Shown here: positions 39,791 to 49,955 of the stretch, in pieces | Layout of the letters: the number at the start of each line of letters is the position of its first letter | Position numbering within the stretch: the first letter of the stretch is position 1 | Assembly: GCA_963843145.1 (NCBI GenBank) | Contig: CAWJJC010000019.1 | Coordinates: 1-64,000 of the forward strand | From: an uncultured delta proteobacterium | Lineage (GTDB): Bacteria; Desulfobacterota; RBG-13-43-22 | Length of the DNA stretch: 64,000 bases | Direction of reading: 5' to 3' | Notes under the pieces: generated by a model | Database searches by the model: none | What the model was told of the DNA's origin: nothing | Seen by the model: only the letters and a program-made list of their open reading frames with translations | Program-made: the position numbers and the translations under genes

Positions 39791-40054
39791 TTAGGGGAGT
39801 TTATTCTTCTGAATTCCCTCTATACAGGCGAAGATCCTTTCCAGGCGGCTCTGAGGTAACCCGCCAAAGGTTTCCTGGAGGACTTCCGGGGGAAAGTTTT
39901 CCTTCAAAAAAGTCCCCACCTCCATCCGGGTTTCCCAGCAATTTATGAAATTGCGACAGGGGAGGTCAGACTGGACCCGGCGGCAGTAATTGAAAGTCAT
40001 CATGGTTCCCATTTGGGGGCAATAGATTTCCAGAAGATCGTGTTTGTCAAGCAT
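39791..40054 (-). CDS. Small hypothetical protein with four Cys
   Basis: YCPQMG...NYCRR...LPCRNFINCWE; GAGG RBS. Confidence 0.65.
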   Translation of the reverse strand: MLDKHDLLEIYCPQMGTMMTFNYCRRVQSDLPCRNFINCWETRMEVGTFLKENFPPEVLQETFGGLPQSRLERIFACIEGIQKNKLP

Positions 40055-40170
40055 ACGTACCTCGCCAAAAGCTCCTCAGAGCGTGCTTGTCATTCCGAGC
40101 GCACGCGAAGGGCTCAGGATGACAGTTTGGAGTTTGTTGCGAAACCGCCAAGAATAACGCCGAGTCATCT

Positions 40171-40202
40171 GGGATAGCCGGTCAAAAGCGACCGGCTATC
40201 CC
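40171..40202 (-). terminator. Perfect 13-bp hairpin after trpB2 (terminator or stabiliser)
   Basis: GGGATAGCCGGTC-AAAAGC-GACCGGCTATCCC; no clear U-tract. Confidence 0.45.
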
Positions 40203-40214
40203 TTAATTTAACAG

Positions 40215-41585
40215 TTATCTAGGTGGGCATTTGGGGAAATTCTCCAGAGCCAACAAGGACTGTTGAATCTCATCATCGGGCATTTCATAATCGGAAAGTT
40301 TTCCTTCAAAATAGGCATTATAGGCCATCAGGTCCACCAGACCGTGACCGCTCCAGTTGACCAGAATGGTCTTGGCTTTGCCTTCTTCCTTGCACTTCTT
40401 GGCCTCCTGAATAACCGCGGCCAGGGCGTGGTTGGTTTCCGGGGCCGGGATAAAGCCTTCGGTCCGGGCCCAGGTGACCCCGGCGGCAAAGGTCTCCATT
40501 TGGAGTACCGCCCGCGGTTCGATCATCTTATCGAGGATTAACTGGGATACAATGGGGGCCATGCCGTGGTAACGAAGCCCGCCGGCATGGATGGGGGCCG
40601 GTACAAAGGCATGTCCCAAACTGTGCATGGGCAGCAGAGGGGTCATCTGAACGGTATCGCCGAAATCATAGACAAAGGGCCCCTTGGTCATGGTCGGGCA
40701 GGAGGCCGGTTCCACGGCAATCACCTGGACCTGTTTGCCGTTGATTTTATCCAGAATGAAGGGCAGGGCCAGTCCGGCGAAATTACTTCCCCCGCCGCAG
40801 CAGGCGATGACGATGTCGGGATATTCCCCGATTTTTTTCATCTGCTTCTGGGCCTCTAGACCGATGATGGTCTGGTGCAGCATCACATGGTTTAAGACGC
40901 TGCCCAGGGAATACTTGGTGTCCGGGGTGGTCACAGCGTCTTCCACGGCTTCGCTGATGGCGATGCCCAGGCTGCCCGGGGTATCGGGATTCTGCTCCAG
41001 GATCTTCCGTCCGGCATTGGTGTCCGGGCTGGGGCTGGGCACACAGGTGGCCCCCCAGGTGTTCATCATCAGGCGACGGTAGGGTTTCTGGTCGAAGCTG
41101 ATCCGCACCATATAGACCTTGACTTCCAGACCATAGAGTGCCCCGGCAAAGCTCATGGCGCTGCCCCACTGTCCGGCGCCGGTTTCAGTGGAGATCCGCT
41201 TGGTGCCGAAGACCTTGTTGTAATACGCCTGGGGAATAGCTGTATTGGGCTTGTGGCTGCCCGGGGGGCTGACCCCCTCATTCTTGAAATAGATCTTGGC
41301 CGGGGTCTGGAGAAATTGTTCCAGACCGTAGGCCCGCCCCAGGGGGCTGGGCCGGTAGATGGCGTATTTTTCCAGGACCGCTTCCGGGATGTCGATCCAG
41401 CGCTGGGGGCTGACCTCCTGTTCGATCAGGTTCATGGGGAAGATGGGAGCCAGATCATCCGGGCCCACCGGCTGTCCGGTGCCGGGATGCAGGGGAGGGA
41501 GCATCCCATTGGGCATGTCGGGTAGGATGTTGTACCACTGCCTGGGCATTTCGTCTTCGGTCAAAAGCACTTTTTTTTGCAACAT
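40215..41585 (-). CDS. trpB2: TrpB2 (stand-alone tryptophan synthase beta-like PLP enzyme)
   Basis: [48 protein letters not shown]. Confidence 0.92.
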   Translation of the reverse strand: MLQKKVLLTEDEMPRQWYNILPDMPNGMLPPLHPGTGQPVGPDDLAPIFPMNLIEQEVSPQRWIDIPEAVLEKYAIYRPSPLGRAYGLEQFLQTPAKIYFKNEGVSPPGSHKPNTAIPQAYYNKVFGTKRISTETGAGQWGSAMSFAGALYGLEVKVYMVRISFDQKPYRRLMMNTWGATCVPSPSPDTNAGRKILEQNPDTPGSLGIAISEAVEDAVTTPDTKYSLGSVLNHVMLHQTIIGLEAQKQMKKIGEYPDIVIACCGGGSNFAGLALPFILDKINGKQVQVIAVEPASCPTMTKGPFVYDFGDTVQMTPLLPMHSLGHAFVPAPIHAGGLRYHGMAPIVSQLILDKMIEPRAVLQMETFAAGVTWARTEGFIPAPETNHALAAVIQEAKKCKEEGKAKTILVNWSGHGLVDLMAYNAYFEGKLSDYEMPDDEIQQSLLALENFPKCPPR

Positions 41586-41935
41586 GGTTCCTCCTTGAAG
41601 TAGTTAATAATATTAATAAACCACTGGGACGGCGTTTATTCTGCCGATTCACCTCCTTTCAATATATTGAACCAAGCTAAAAAGCATGCCCTAAAAATAA
41701 AAAGCGCCTCAGTTTCCTCCTAACCCGAGACCTATGAATCCAATCCTAATGGTACGCTCTAATACGCCTAAACAACTATATACAAGGTTCTGAAGGCCTG
41801 TCAATTTTTTTTGATTTGGGATATTTTCTCGGCCATTGCTTTTTCTGAATATAGAGGCTATAAAAAACATATTAAACCCCCAGGCCCGGGACGGGCACTC
41901 GCGAAGGATAAAAATATGCCAGGTTTTCGTTTTTC

Positions 41936-42059
41936 GTAGGGCAGGCGACCTCGCCTGCCGGCTGGGCGAGGAATACGGGTCACTCGACATCCAAGGTAAG
42001 GCTAAGGCGACGGTGGTCAAATTCAGCTCCGGTTTGGGCGGCGGGGTCGCCGCCCCTAC
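41936..42059. repeat. GTAG-type REP doublet (REPIN), copy 2, inverted relative to copy 1
   Basis: GTAG-GGCAGGCG-ACCT-CGCCTGCC ... GGGCGGCG-GGGT-CGCCGCCC-CTAC; also 124 bp; spacer homologous to copy 1. Confidence 0.85.
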
Positions 42060-42130
42060 GAAAAACCACTTTGTCCTTCGAGATCGGGTTCGATATTCGA
42101 AATTCATTTTTATTTTCTTATTAACCGACC

Positions 42131-42724
42131 ATGTCCCCTTTCTCTCTTATATTAGCCTCGGAGTCCCCGAGGCGGCAGGCCTTGCTGAACGATCTGGGAA
42201 TACCTTTCCGAGTAGTTGCGCCCCGGGTAGAGGAGATTCCCAGGGCGGGTGAGCAGCCGGCCGTTTTTTCGAAGCGCCTGGCCCAGGAAAAGGCCAGAAC
42301 GGTTTCACAACAATACCCCGAAGATTGGGTTTTAGGGGCCGATACGGTGGTCAGTCTGGGAAAGCGCCTTTTGGGGAAACCGGATTCGCTCCGGGAGGCC
42401 AAGAAATTTTTGGAGGCTTTAAACAACCGGACCCACGAAGTGATCACCAGTTTCTGTTTGATCAACCAATCGCTCAAGAAGGCCCTGGCCCGGAGCGTCT
42501 ATACCCGGGTAACCTTTAAGCATTTTTCCCGTCGGGAGATCGACTGGTATCTGCAGACCGGGGAACCCCTGGATAAGGCCGGGGCCTATGCCATCCAGGG
42601 GCGGGGATCGTTTTTGGTCCGAGAGATTAAAGGGTCTTACACCAACGTGGTCGGTTTGCCTTTGACGGAAGTCCTGGAGACGCTGGAGAAAAATGCCGGG
42701 TTTAGACTGGGGGAAGTGAAATAG
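42131..42724 (+). CDS. maf: Maf-family nucleoside triphosphate pyrophosphatase
   Basis: ILASESPRR, GADTVV, GKP, DKAGAYAIQG, NVVGLP. Confidence 0.93.
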   Translation: MSPFSLILASESPRRQALLNDLGIPFRVVAPRVEEIPRAGEQPAVFSKRLAQEKARTVSQQYPEDWVLGADTVVSLGKRLLGKPDSLREAKKFLEALNNRTHEVITSFCLINQSLKKALARSVYTRVTFKHFSRREIDWYLQTGEPLDKAGAYAIQGRGSFLVREIKGSYTNVVGLPLTEVLETLEKNAGFRLGEVK

Positions 42725-43408
42725 ATGAGCGGGATCAATGACAATATCCAGCGGGTCCGGGAGCGCATGGAGCGGGCCTGCTCCCGTTCAGGACGTCGAC
42801 TGGACGAGGTTTTGTTGGTGGCCGTATCTAAGACCATGCCGGCCGAGCGAATCCGGGAAGCCCTGGATGCCGGGCTGACCCATTTCGGAGAAAATTATAT
42901 TCAGGAGGCCCAGAAAAAAATTGGAGAACTCCACGGAGGGGCCTGGCATTTTATCGGCCACCTTCAGCGGAACAAGGCGCGGACGGCGGTCAAACTTTTT
43001 TCGATGATCGAAACCGTAGACCGACTCCCTCTGGCCGAGGAATTGGACCGTCAGGCCCGGGAGGCGGGAAAAGTCCTGGAAGTCCTCATTCAGGTCAACG
43101 AAGCGGAAGAGGAAAGCAAATCCGGGCTCCCGCCCGACAAGGTCCCGGCGTTGCTGGAAGCCGTCTTTTCATTGTCCGCTCTGCGGATCCGGGGCCTAAT
43201 GGCCATTCCGCCTTATGACCCGGACCCGGAGAGTTCGCGCCCCTGGTTTCGGTCTCTTTATCGATGGCGGGAGAAGTGGCAAAATCAGTATCCCTCTTTG
43301 GACCTGTCGCAGCTTTCCCTGGGCATGTCCCATGATTTTGAAACAGCTATTGAAGAGGGGGCCACGCTGATCCGAGTGGGCACTGCCCTTTTCGGGGCCC
43401 GAGGGTGA
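42725..43408 (+). CDS. yggS: PLP homeostasis protein YggS
   Basis: VAVSKT, FGENYIQE, WHFIGHLQRNK, GMSHDFE.AIEEGAT.IRVGT.LFG. Confidence 0.95.
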   Translation: MSGINDNIQRVRERMERACSRSGRRLDEVLLVAVSKTMPAERIREALDAGLTHFGENYIQEAQKKIGELHGGAWHFIGHLQRNKARTAVKLFSMIETVDRLPLAEELDRQAREAGKVLEVLIQVNEAEEESKSGLPPDKVPALLEAVFSLSALRIRGLMAIPPYDPDPESSRPWFRSLYRWREKWQNQYPSLDLSQLSLGMSHDFETAIEEGATLIRVGTALFGARG

Positions 43409-43455
43409 AATTCTCCGGCGGAGTAGATTCTCGGGTCCCTTGTCAAAAACAAAAT

Positions 43456-43513
43456 TGTCAATAATCAACGGTTAATTATTAATTAAGAATTAAACATTGA
43501 TTATTGATTATTG
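43456..43513. repeat. AT-rich TTAATTA/ATTGATT-periodic tract (family C)
   Basis: TCAATAATCAA...ATTGATTATTGATTATTG; related tracts at 49886-49920 and 51713-51752. Confidence 0.55.
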
Positions 43514-43657
43514 CCTTAGCAAGAGGACATCAGGACTATTTTTGTAAAAACGGTTTTAACCTGTCCCTCTTTATCTTTTCCGGGTTTATGGTTTACAACG
43601 GCCACGGTTTATGGCATAAAATTGGATTATTTTAAAATCGACAGGAGCTGAAAGCTT

Positions 43658-45010
43658 ATGGCCATCCTTGCCCCCTTTCGCGGGTTGATTTATAATCCCG
43701 AAAAAATCACCGACCTTTCCAGGGTCATCACCCCTCCCTACGATGTCATTTCCCCCCAGCAACAGGAGGCCTTATACGCCCGGCACCCCTATAACATGAT
43801 CCAATTGGACCTGGGGAAGAACCTTCCCGGAGACAGCCCTACCTACAATCAGTATACCCGGGCCGCCCAACTTTTAAAGAAATGGCAAAAGGAAAAAGTG
43901 CTGGTTCGAGAACCGAAGCCGGCCATTTATCTGTACCGGATTCATTATCCTTTCCCGGGGCAGGGACTACGTCAACGCACCGGCTTTATCGCTCTCTTGG
44001 GCTTGGAACCCTTCGACTCCGGCATGGTCCGTCCCCATGAAAAGACTTTTTCGGGAATCAAGGTCGATCGCTTCCACTTGCTGGACCATTGCCAGGCCCA
44101 GTTCTGCCCGATTTTTTCCTTTTATTCGGACCCGGAAAATCAGGTGGTGGAACTGCTCACTTCCCGGGCCCATCCTGAACCGTTTATTGACTATCAGGAT
44201 GACGACGGCATCCGGCACCAACTCTGGCGGGTGACCGATAAGGCGGTTCTGAAAAAGGTTCAAAAGGATTTTCAGGAAAAATTCGTCTACATTGCCGATG
44301 GGCACCATCGCTATGAAACCGGCCTGGCCTATAAGCAGGCCATGCAAGAGCGCTATCCCGACAGCCCTCCGGGCGCACCCTTCAACTTCACCCTCATGTT
44401 TCTCTGTAATATGCACGACCCCGGGTTGACCATCCTCCCCACCCATCGCGTTCTCTGCCAGTTTCCCGAGGAACGATTGGCTCATTTTGAAAAGGATATC
44501 GCCGAGGACTTCCTGGTGGAAAGGTTTCCCTTTGAGAAGGCGAACCGGAAAAAAGTGAAGCAGGCGTTTTTAACCCGAATGAAGGAGAAAGCCCGGGAGG
44601 GGCATGTGCTGGGAGTTTTTTCTGCCGCCCCCTCAACCCTCTATCTGCTGACTCTGAAAAAGGCTTGCTTGGAAGGGGTCTGCGCGGAAGACCTCCATCC
44701 GATCCTCCGGAAGTTGGACGTGATGATCCTGAGCCGCCTGGTTTTGCAGAAAGTGCTCGGGATCAAACCCGAAGAACTGGATCGGGAAAACCTGATCGAA
44801 TACCGCCATGATACCCGGGAGGCCATGGCCTTAGTGGAATCAGGGTGCTGCCGGATGGCCCTTTTGTTAAATCCCCCGCCCATCCAGCGGATCCAGGAAG
44901 TGGCCGAAGCCGGCTTGGTCATGCCTCGCAAATCCACCTTTTTTTACCCCAAAACTCCCACCGGGTTGGTGATCAATATCATGAAACCCAATGAAACCAT
45001 CATGGTCTGA
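43658..45010 (+). CDS. DUF1015 family protein
   Basis: PPYDVIS, PHEKT, YIADGHHRYET, MPRKSTFFYPK. Confidence 0.88.
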   Translation: MAILAPFRGLIYNPEKITDLSRVITPPYDVISPQQQEALYARHPYNMIQLDLGKNLPGDSPTYNQYTRAAQLLKKWQKEKVLVREPKPAIYLYRIHYPFPGQGLRQRTGFIALLGLEPFDSGMVRPHEKTFSGIKVDRFHLLDHCQAQFCPIFSFYSDPENQVVELLTSRAHPEPFIDYQDDDGIRHQLWRVTDKAVLKKVQKDFQEKFVYIADGHHRYETGLAYKQAMQERYPDSPPGAPFNFTLMFLCNMHDPGLTILPTHRVLCQFPEERLAHFEKDIAEDFLVERFPFEKANRKKVKQAFLTRMKEKAREGHVLGVFSAAPSTLYLLTLKKACLEGVCAEDLHPILRKLDVMILSRLVLQKVLGIKPEELDRENLIEYRHDTREAMALVESGCCRMALLLNPPPIQRIQEVAEAGLVMPRKSTFFYPKTPTGLVINIMKPNETIMV

Positions 45011-45749
45011 GATAGCCGGCGGTTCAGGGGAGGATGAAACCTTAGACGTCTGGGCCCCGGCGGATCTTCGGCTGATCCAGAAGAAACGCGGCTATCGTTT
45101 CGCTCTCGATTCCCTGCTTCTTTCCGATTTTACCCGTTTGAAATCCAAGGATCGCGTTCTGGAGTTAGGGATCGGCTGCGGGATTGTCTCTTTAGGGCTT
45201 TTCCGAAAATATCCGGAAATTTACCTGGTAGGTCTGGAACTCCAGGCCGGGTTCGTTGAGCTGGCTCGCCGTAACCTGGGTTTGAATCAAGCGGAGGATC
45301 GTATTTCCCTGGTCCGGGGGGATATTCGTTCCCTGCCTTATCTCTTTCGGCCGGGCTCCTTTGACGCCGTGGTGACCAATCCCCCCTACCGACCGCTCCG
45401 CACCGGTCGAATCAATCCCCACTCTGAGAAGGCCCTGGCTCGGCACGAGATAGCAATCAATTTGGAGCACCTCCTGACCGCCAGTCGACAGGTTTTGAAA
45501 AAAGGAGGGAGATTTTTTCTGATTTACCCGGTCCGAAGGATGCCCGCTCTTTTAGCCCTGGCCCGGCAAAATCACCTGGAACCCAAGCGTCTGCGCCTGG
45601 TGCACCCCCTGGCCGACCGGGAAGCCGATTGGGTGCTGCTGGAAGCGGTTAAGGAAGGGGGCGAAGAACTCAAGGTTCTGCCTGTTTTGGTGGTTTACGA
45701 GAAGCTTGGGATTTACTCGCCCGAGGTTCGGGATCTGCTGGGGCGCTGA
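44991..45749 (+). CDS. tRNA1(Val) (adenine-37-N6)-methyltransferase-like
   Basis: GYRFALDSLLL, LELGIGCG, TNPPY, ARHE, EPKRLR.VH. Confidence 0.85.
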   Translation: MKPSWSEIAGGSGEDETLDVWAPADLRLIQKKRGYRFALDSLLLSDFTRLKSKDRVLELGIGCGIVSLGLFRKYPEIYLVGLELQAGFVELARRNLGLNQAEDRISLVRGDIRSLPYLFRPGSFDAVVTNPPYRPLRTGRINPHSEKALARHEIAINLEHLLTASRQVLKKGGRFFLIYPVRRMPALLALARQNHLEPKRLRLVHPLADREADWVLLEAVKEGGEELKVLPVLVVYEKLGIYSPEVRDLLGR

Positions 45750-46215
45750 AGCGAAGGCTTTTTTCCATCAAGGATTGGACCCTATCCCGTAGTTCAGGGT
45801 TTTTAATATCCTGGGACATTCGGTGGATGGATTTTTTCTCTTTTCGGGAGAGGGTCCGAGGGGTTCCAGGCAGGTTTTTTTTCGTCTCGTTCCAGCCCTG
45901 TTCCTGTGGCGGGAGGTCCCCGGTTTTGAGGCGTACCTCATTAATAAGGGTTTGATTCAGGCGTCGATTGATTTCCTGCCGGAGGGGTTCTTTTAAAAAC
46001 TGGAATTGCTGGGCGGCGGCCGGGTTGGAAACCACGACCTGAAGAGTCCCTTCCTTGAGTCCTTCCAGACAAGTGTAGGGCCGCAAGGCCTCGGGGATCA
46101 TTTCCGACCAGAGTTCGATCACCTGCGGGATGACCGGATCAATCGGCAGCCCCCCGCCGTTGATGAGCCCCTGGAGAATCGTTCCCAGGGACTGTATTTT
46201 ATTATCCTTTTTCAT
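45670..46215 (-). CDS. DUF721 / DciA-like protein
   Basis: W..MI...GTLQVVVSNPAAAQQFQF.KE....EIN..L. Confidence 0.7.
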   Translation of the reverse strand: MKKDNKIQSLGTILQGLINGGGLPIDPVIPQVIELWSEMIPEALRPYTCLEGLKEGTLQVVVSNPAAAQQFQFLKEPLRQEINRRLNQTLINEVRLKTGDLPPQEQGWNETKKNLPGTPRTLSRKEKKSIHRMSQDIKNPELRDRVQSLMEKSLRFSAPADPEPRASKSQASRKPPKQAEP

Positions 46216-46330
46216 TATCTTTTCCCTTTAAGCATTCGATGTTGGGCGTTCGATGCTCGATGTTTGGCTAATCAGTAACTCTTCCACAGTCTCTTAATTT
46301 TTTAATTTTCATTTTGAAATCTGTTTACAT

Positions 46331-46540
46331 ACTAAACCACCATGCCCCACGGGGAACCCGCGAAGCATAAAAATAGGCTTCAAAGGGGTAGAGTCAGCTC
46401 GTCATTCCGGACAAGCGAAGCGCGATCCGGAATCCAGGCCTCAGTTAAGCCTCAAAGGACCTGGATGCCGGATCGAGTCCGGCATGACGGCAAATAACTG
46501 AGTCCTGAAAAGCGCTGGTCTATCCCGTTTTCGTAGTAAA
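46331..46540. repeat. Composite element: CCATGCC wrapper end enclosing a CGTC-tagged palindrome (46400-46489)
   Basis: ACCACCATGCCCCACGGGGAACCCGCGAAGCATAAAAAT...CGTCATTCCGG...CCGGCATGACG...GTTTTCGTAGTAA. Confidence 0.6.
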
Positions 46541-46547
46541 CGATTTG

Positions 46548-47363
46548 TCACCATGTTACCTTTCTGAAGGCGCGACAGGTATTTTGGTAAAGAATCGGAG
46601 CCAGTTCCGCCACAGGAATTCCCCTGATTTCCGCCAATCGTTCGGCCGTGTGTACCACGTAGGCGGGTTCGTTTCGTTTCCCCCGGAACGGGTGGGGGGC
46701 TAGAAAAGGCGCGTCGGTTTCCAGGAGGAGTGACTCAAGGGGAGCCCGGCGGACGACTTCTTCCAGGGAAGAGCCTTTCTTATAGGTCAAGGCGCCGGTT
46801 ACGGATAGGAAAAAATTCCAATCCAGGCAGCGCCGGGCCATGGCCCAATCCCCGGAAAAACAGTGGAAAAGACCGCCGACCTCCCAGGCCTTTTCCTCGG
46901 CCAAGATTTGCAGGGTCTCCTCATGGGCCTCGCGGTCATGAATCACGATCGGCAAGGAAACTTCCCGGGCCAATTGCAGGCATCGTCGGAAGCAGGCCTT
47001 TTGGTGTTCCCTGGGGGAGTAATTTCGAAAAAAATCCAACCCGATCTCGCCGATAGCCACTACCTTGGGATCTCCGGCCAGGACCCGTAATTCCGAAAGG
47101 GCCGGTTCATCAGCGGCTGAGGCTTCATGGGGATGAAGCCCGACGGTGGCCCAGATATGGGGGTCGGTCTTGGCCAAGACCAGGGCCCGCCGGCTGCTTT
47201 CTAAATCGATCCCGATGGTGATTATGGCGGCCAAACTCCGTTCCCAGGCCCTTTCCAGCACCTTCGGGCGATCCGCATCAAAGTCCCCCATATCCAAATG
47301 GGCATGGGTGTCGATCCAGATGGGAGGGGTGAGCGCTTTTTGAGAATTGGTTTTTTCAGTCAT
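46548..47363 (-). CDS. tatD: TatD-family hydrolase
   Basis: IDTHAHL, GLHPH, IGEIGLD, IHDREAH, FHCFSG, ETDAPFLAP, NEP. Confidence 0.93.
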   Translation of the reverse strand: MTEKTNSQKALTPPIWIDTHAHLDMGDFDADRPKVLERAWERSLAAIITIGIDLESSRRALVLAKTDPHIWATVGLHPHEASAADEPALSELRVLAGDPKVVAIGEIGLDFFRNYSPREHQKACFRRCLQLAREVSLPIVIHDREAHEETLQILAEEKAWEVGGLFHCFSGDWAMARRCLDWNFFLSVTGALTYKKGSSLEEVVRRAPLESLLLETDAPFLAPHPFRGKRNEPAYVVHTAERLAEIRGIPVAELAPILYQNTCRAFRKVTW

Positions 47364-47390
47364 TTTATACTAAACCCACTTACGTACTAA

Positions 47391-47512
47391 ATGAACATCG
47401 AACATTCAACATCGAACGCCCAACCTCGAATGAAAAACAAACTCTCTCATTACGACATTCGATGTTGGAAGTTCGATGTTCGATGTTCACCTTTTCACCG
47501 CCCCTTCCGCAG
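47391..47512. repeat. Family B periodic inverted-repeat element, copy 3
   Basis: ATGAACATCGAACATTCAACATCGAACGCCCAACCTCGAATG...CATTCGATGTTGGAAGTTCGATGTTCGATGTTCACCTTTTCA...CCCTTCCGCA. Confidence 0.75.
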
Positions 47513-47655
47513 TCCATTGGACTAGATGGGATGTCCGGAAGGTCAAGTCTATATTCTAATTAAATATTGCACTTTGCATTACTCTTACTCTCTTTCTTCT
47601 TCTTTTCTCTTCTTCCCTCTTCTATCTTCTATCTCCCCCCCGCCCCGCACCCACC

Positions 47656-49725
47656 CTAGCGGCCCGGTTTTTGCCGGTACATGTTGAGATCCGCCTGGCG
47701 CAGGATCTGATCATAATCTTGGCAGTCCGAATGATCTCCCAGAGAAACCGTCAAATAACGGGTTTGGTTGTTTTGGTCTAAGACGCTCAAGTTTTTCAGG
47801 GTGACTACCAGCCGTTCCCGCACAAAGGCCAGTTGCTCCGGGTCGGTCCGGGGCAGGATTACCACGAATTCGTCCCCTCCGAAGCGGGCCACGATATCCG
47901 TGGTCCGCAGGCAGCTCTTGATGATTTCGGCGGTCTTTTTTAAGACCTGATCTCCCACTAAATGCCCATAGCGATCATTCACTTCCTTGAACCGATCAAT
48001 ATCCAGCAGAATCATACTAAGATGATCCCGGTAACGGCGGGCCTTGGTGACCTCTTCTTCCAGTCTTTTTTCCAGGTATTGGCGATTATAGACCCCGGTG
48101 AGACCATCCATGGTGGCCAGTTCGGAAAGCTTGGCCTCGAGGGCTTTATGCTCGCTTAGATCCTGGATGGACTCGATGGCCCCCCATAGTTCACCCGCCT
48201 GATCATAGATGGGGGCAGACCTGAAATGCAGATAGCGGTCTTTTCCCCCCAGGGATTCAAAAAATTCCTCGGCTTCAAAGCCCCCCGTCAACAAGGGATA
48301 AGCCCGCAATTTCTTATCCCCGTAGAGGCGGCCTAAGAGGGCCAGGTTCTGAGACAGGATAAGGTTGGCCAGGACCGGGCGTTCGACCGGATAAAAGGGC
48401 TTCCAGATATCCCGGCTGCCCGTTATTTCTTCTCCTAAAACGCCGGTCAACTCGACACAGGCCCGATTCCAAAAAACCACCCGGTGGTCCCGGTCCAGGA
48501 CGAAGGTCGGGATGGGACTGCCGTTGACCAGTTCCTCCATGATCGCCTTTTCCCGGGTTAAAACGGCCTCCAGGGTCTTTTGCTGGGTCAAGTCATGGAA
48601 AAAACCCACACTGCCGATTTCCCGGTCCCCTTCATAGAGCAGACTTCCGGAAAGACGCATGAGCAGCGCCGTGCCGTCCTTGGTCAGCAATTTCGTCCGG
48701 TAATCCATCAGCTTGCCGACCCCCCCGAAGTCCGGGCTGCGCAAGGCCTCTTTTACCTCGTGGGCTTTGCCGGGAGGATACAGCCGGGTAACATGGATCC
48801 GGCCAATGACTTCTTCCGGGGCATAGCCGATAATCTTGCCCGCCCCCTCATTGAAAGTTATGACCTCGCCTCGCGGATCCACCGAGATAATCCCGTCCAT
48901 GGAGCTTTGGATCAACGATTGCTCAAAGTCCAGACTGCGGCGCAGTTCCTTCTCCAGGTTTCTCTTACCCGTCACATCCCGGAGCATGACCGTGATCCCG
49001 GCCTGGGTTCCCCCTTCGTCCAGGTAACGAAAGGAAGTCAGGCTGATGTTCAAAAGGGCCTCCGATTTGGTCAAGCGGATGGTTTCAAAATCCTGGAGCA
49101 CTTCGCCTCCCAGGACTTTCCGGATGCCCTCCCGCGTGGCCTCCATTTCGGATTCAGGGACAAAGGGGATTTTTTGCCCGGAGAGTTCCGGCAACGTCCA
49201 GCCAAAGGTCTGTTCGAAGGCCGGATTAAGATAACGAACCGTCCCCTCAAAGTTGTAAATCACCAAAGGGATAGGGCAAGTCCTCAAAAAGGACTGGAAG
49301 GTTTCCTCCAGCTTCAGCAGTTTTATTTCCTTGGTGATATCCCGGGCGATCCCCACCAGGCCGGCCACGCGGCCGTTTTGAACGAAAGGCGCTTCGTTCA
49401 CCTCCAACAGCAGTCGCCGGCCGTTTTTATGGTGAATTTCGACCGGGTAGGGCGGACATTTTTTCCCTTTTTCCAGGGCCTCCCGGGTCAAGACATGGAC
49501 CCGCTCATTCAGGGGATTGGAGGTCATGAAAGTGCTGTAATGGACCTTCCATTCCTCCTGGCTGTAGCCGGTGATCTTACTGACTCCCGGGGAGACATGC
49601 AGAAAGCGCCCTTCAGCATTATGGAGGTACACAAAGGCCTCAGAGGACTCGTTCAGGAGCTGGAGGACTTCCAGAAAGGGGAGGCCATCCTCTGACGGCA
49701 AGGGGGGTTCGCTGTGCTTATCCAC
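47656..49725 (-). CDS. Multi-PAS diguanylate cyclase
   Basis: Four PAS-like repeats (ending RDIT/RDVT/HDLT/QDLS); DGLTGVYNR; DIDRFK.VND.YGH..GD; RTTD I-site; GGDEF. Confidence 0.92.
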   Translation of the reverse strand: MDKHSEPPLPSEDGLPFLEVLQLLNESSEAFVYLHNAEGRFLHVSPGVSKITGYSQEEWKVHYSTFMTSNPLNERVHVLTREALEKGKKCPPYPVEIHHKNGRRLLLEVNEAPFVQNGRVAGLVGIARDITKEIKLLKLEETFQSFLRTCPIPLVIYNFEGTVRYLNPAFEQTFGWTLPELSGQKIPFVPESEMEATREGIRKVLGGEVLQDFETIRLTKSEALLNISLTSFRYLDEGGTQAGITVMLRDVTGKRNLEKELRRSLDFEQSLIQSSMDGIISVDPRGEVITFNEGAGKIIGYAPEEVIGRIHVTRLYPPGKAHEVKEALRSPDFGGVGKLMDYRTKLLTKDGTALLMRLSGSLLYEGDREIGSVGFFHDLTQQKTLEAVLTREKAIMEELVNGSPIPTFVLDRDHRVVFWNRACVELTGVLGEEITGSRDIWKPFYPVERPVLANLILSQNLALLGRLYGDKKLRAYPLLTGGFEAEEFFESLGGKDRYLHFRSAPIYDQAGELWGAIESIQDLSEHKALEAKLSELATMDGLTGVYNRQYLEKRLEEEVTKARRYRDHLSMILLDIDRFKEVNDRYGHLVGDQVLKKTAEIIKSCLRTTDIVARFGGDEFVVILPRTDPEQLAFVRERLVVTLKNLSVLDQNNQTRYLTVSLGDHSDCQDYDQILRQADLNMYRQKPGR

Positions 49726-49770
49726 GGATTCTTCCTTTTCAGGGCACGTTAGCTTTTACATGGTAATACG

Positions 49771-49884
49771 AAAATAAAAACGAATACCGAATATCGAACA
49801 CCGAAATTCGAATGACGAAGTGGTCTTTCGTAGGGACGGCGACCCCGCCGCCCAAACCTGGGCCGGATTAGACCACCTTCGCCT
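49771..49884. repeat. Truncated third copy of the REPIN element (single REP)
   Basis: AAAATAAAAACGAA...GTAG-GGACGGCG-ACCC-CGCCGCCC-AAACC...GACCACCTTCGCC matches 19021-19112. Confidence 0.75.
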
Positions 49885-49955
49885 GTTAATTAGGAATTAG
49901 GAATTGATTATTGATTATTGGGTTCGTATCTCCTGCCGTTGTTCGTTATGGGGTT

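Noticed and set aside
43612-43627. Sigma-54 promoter TGGCATAAAATTGGA before DUF1015
   Set aside because: The spacing between the -24 and -12 elements is one base short.
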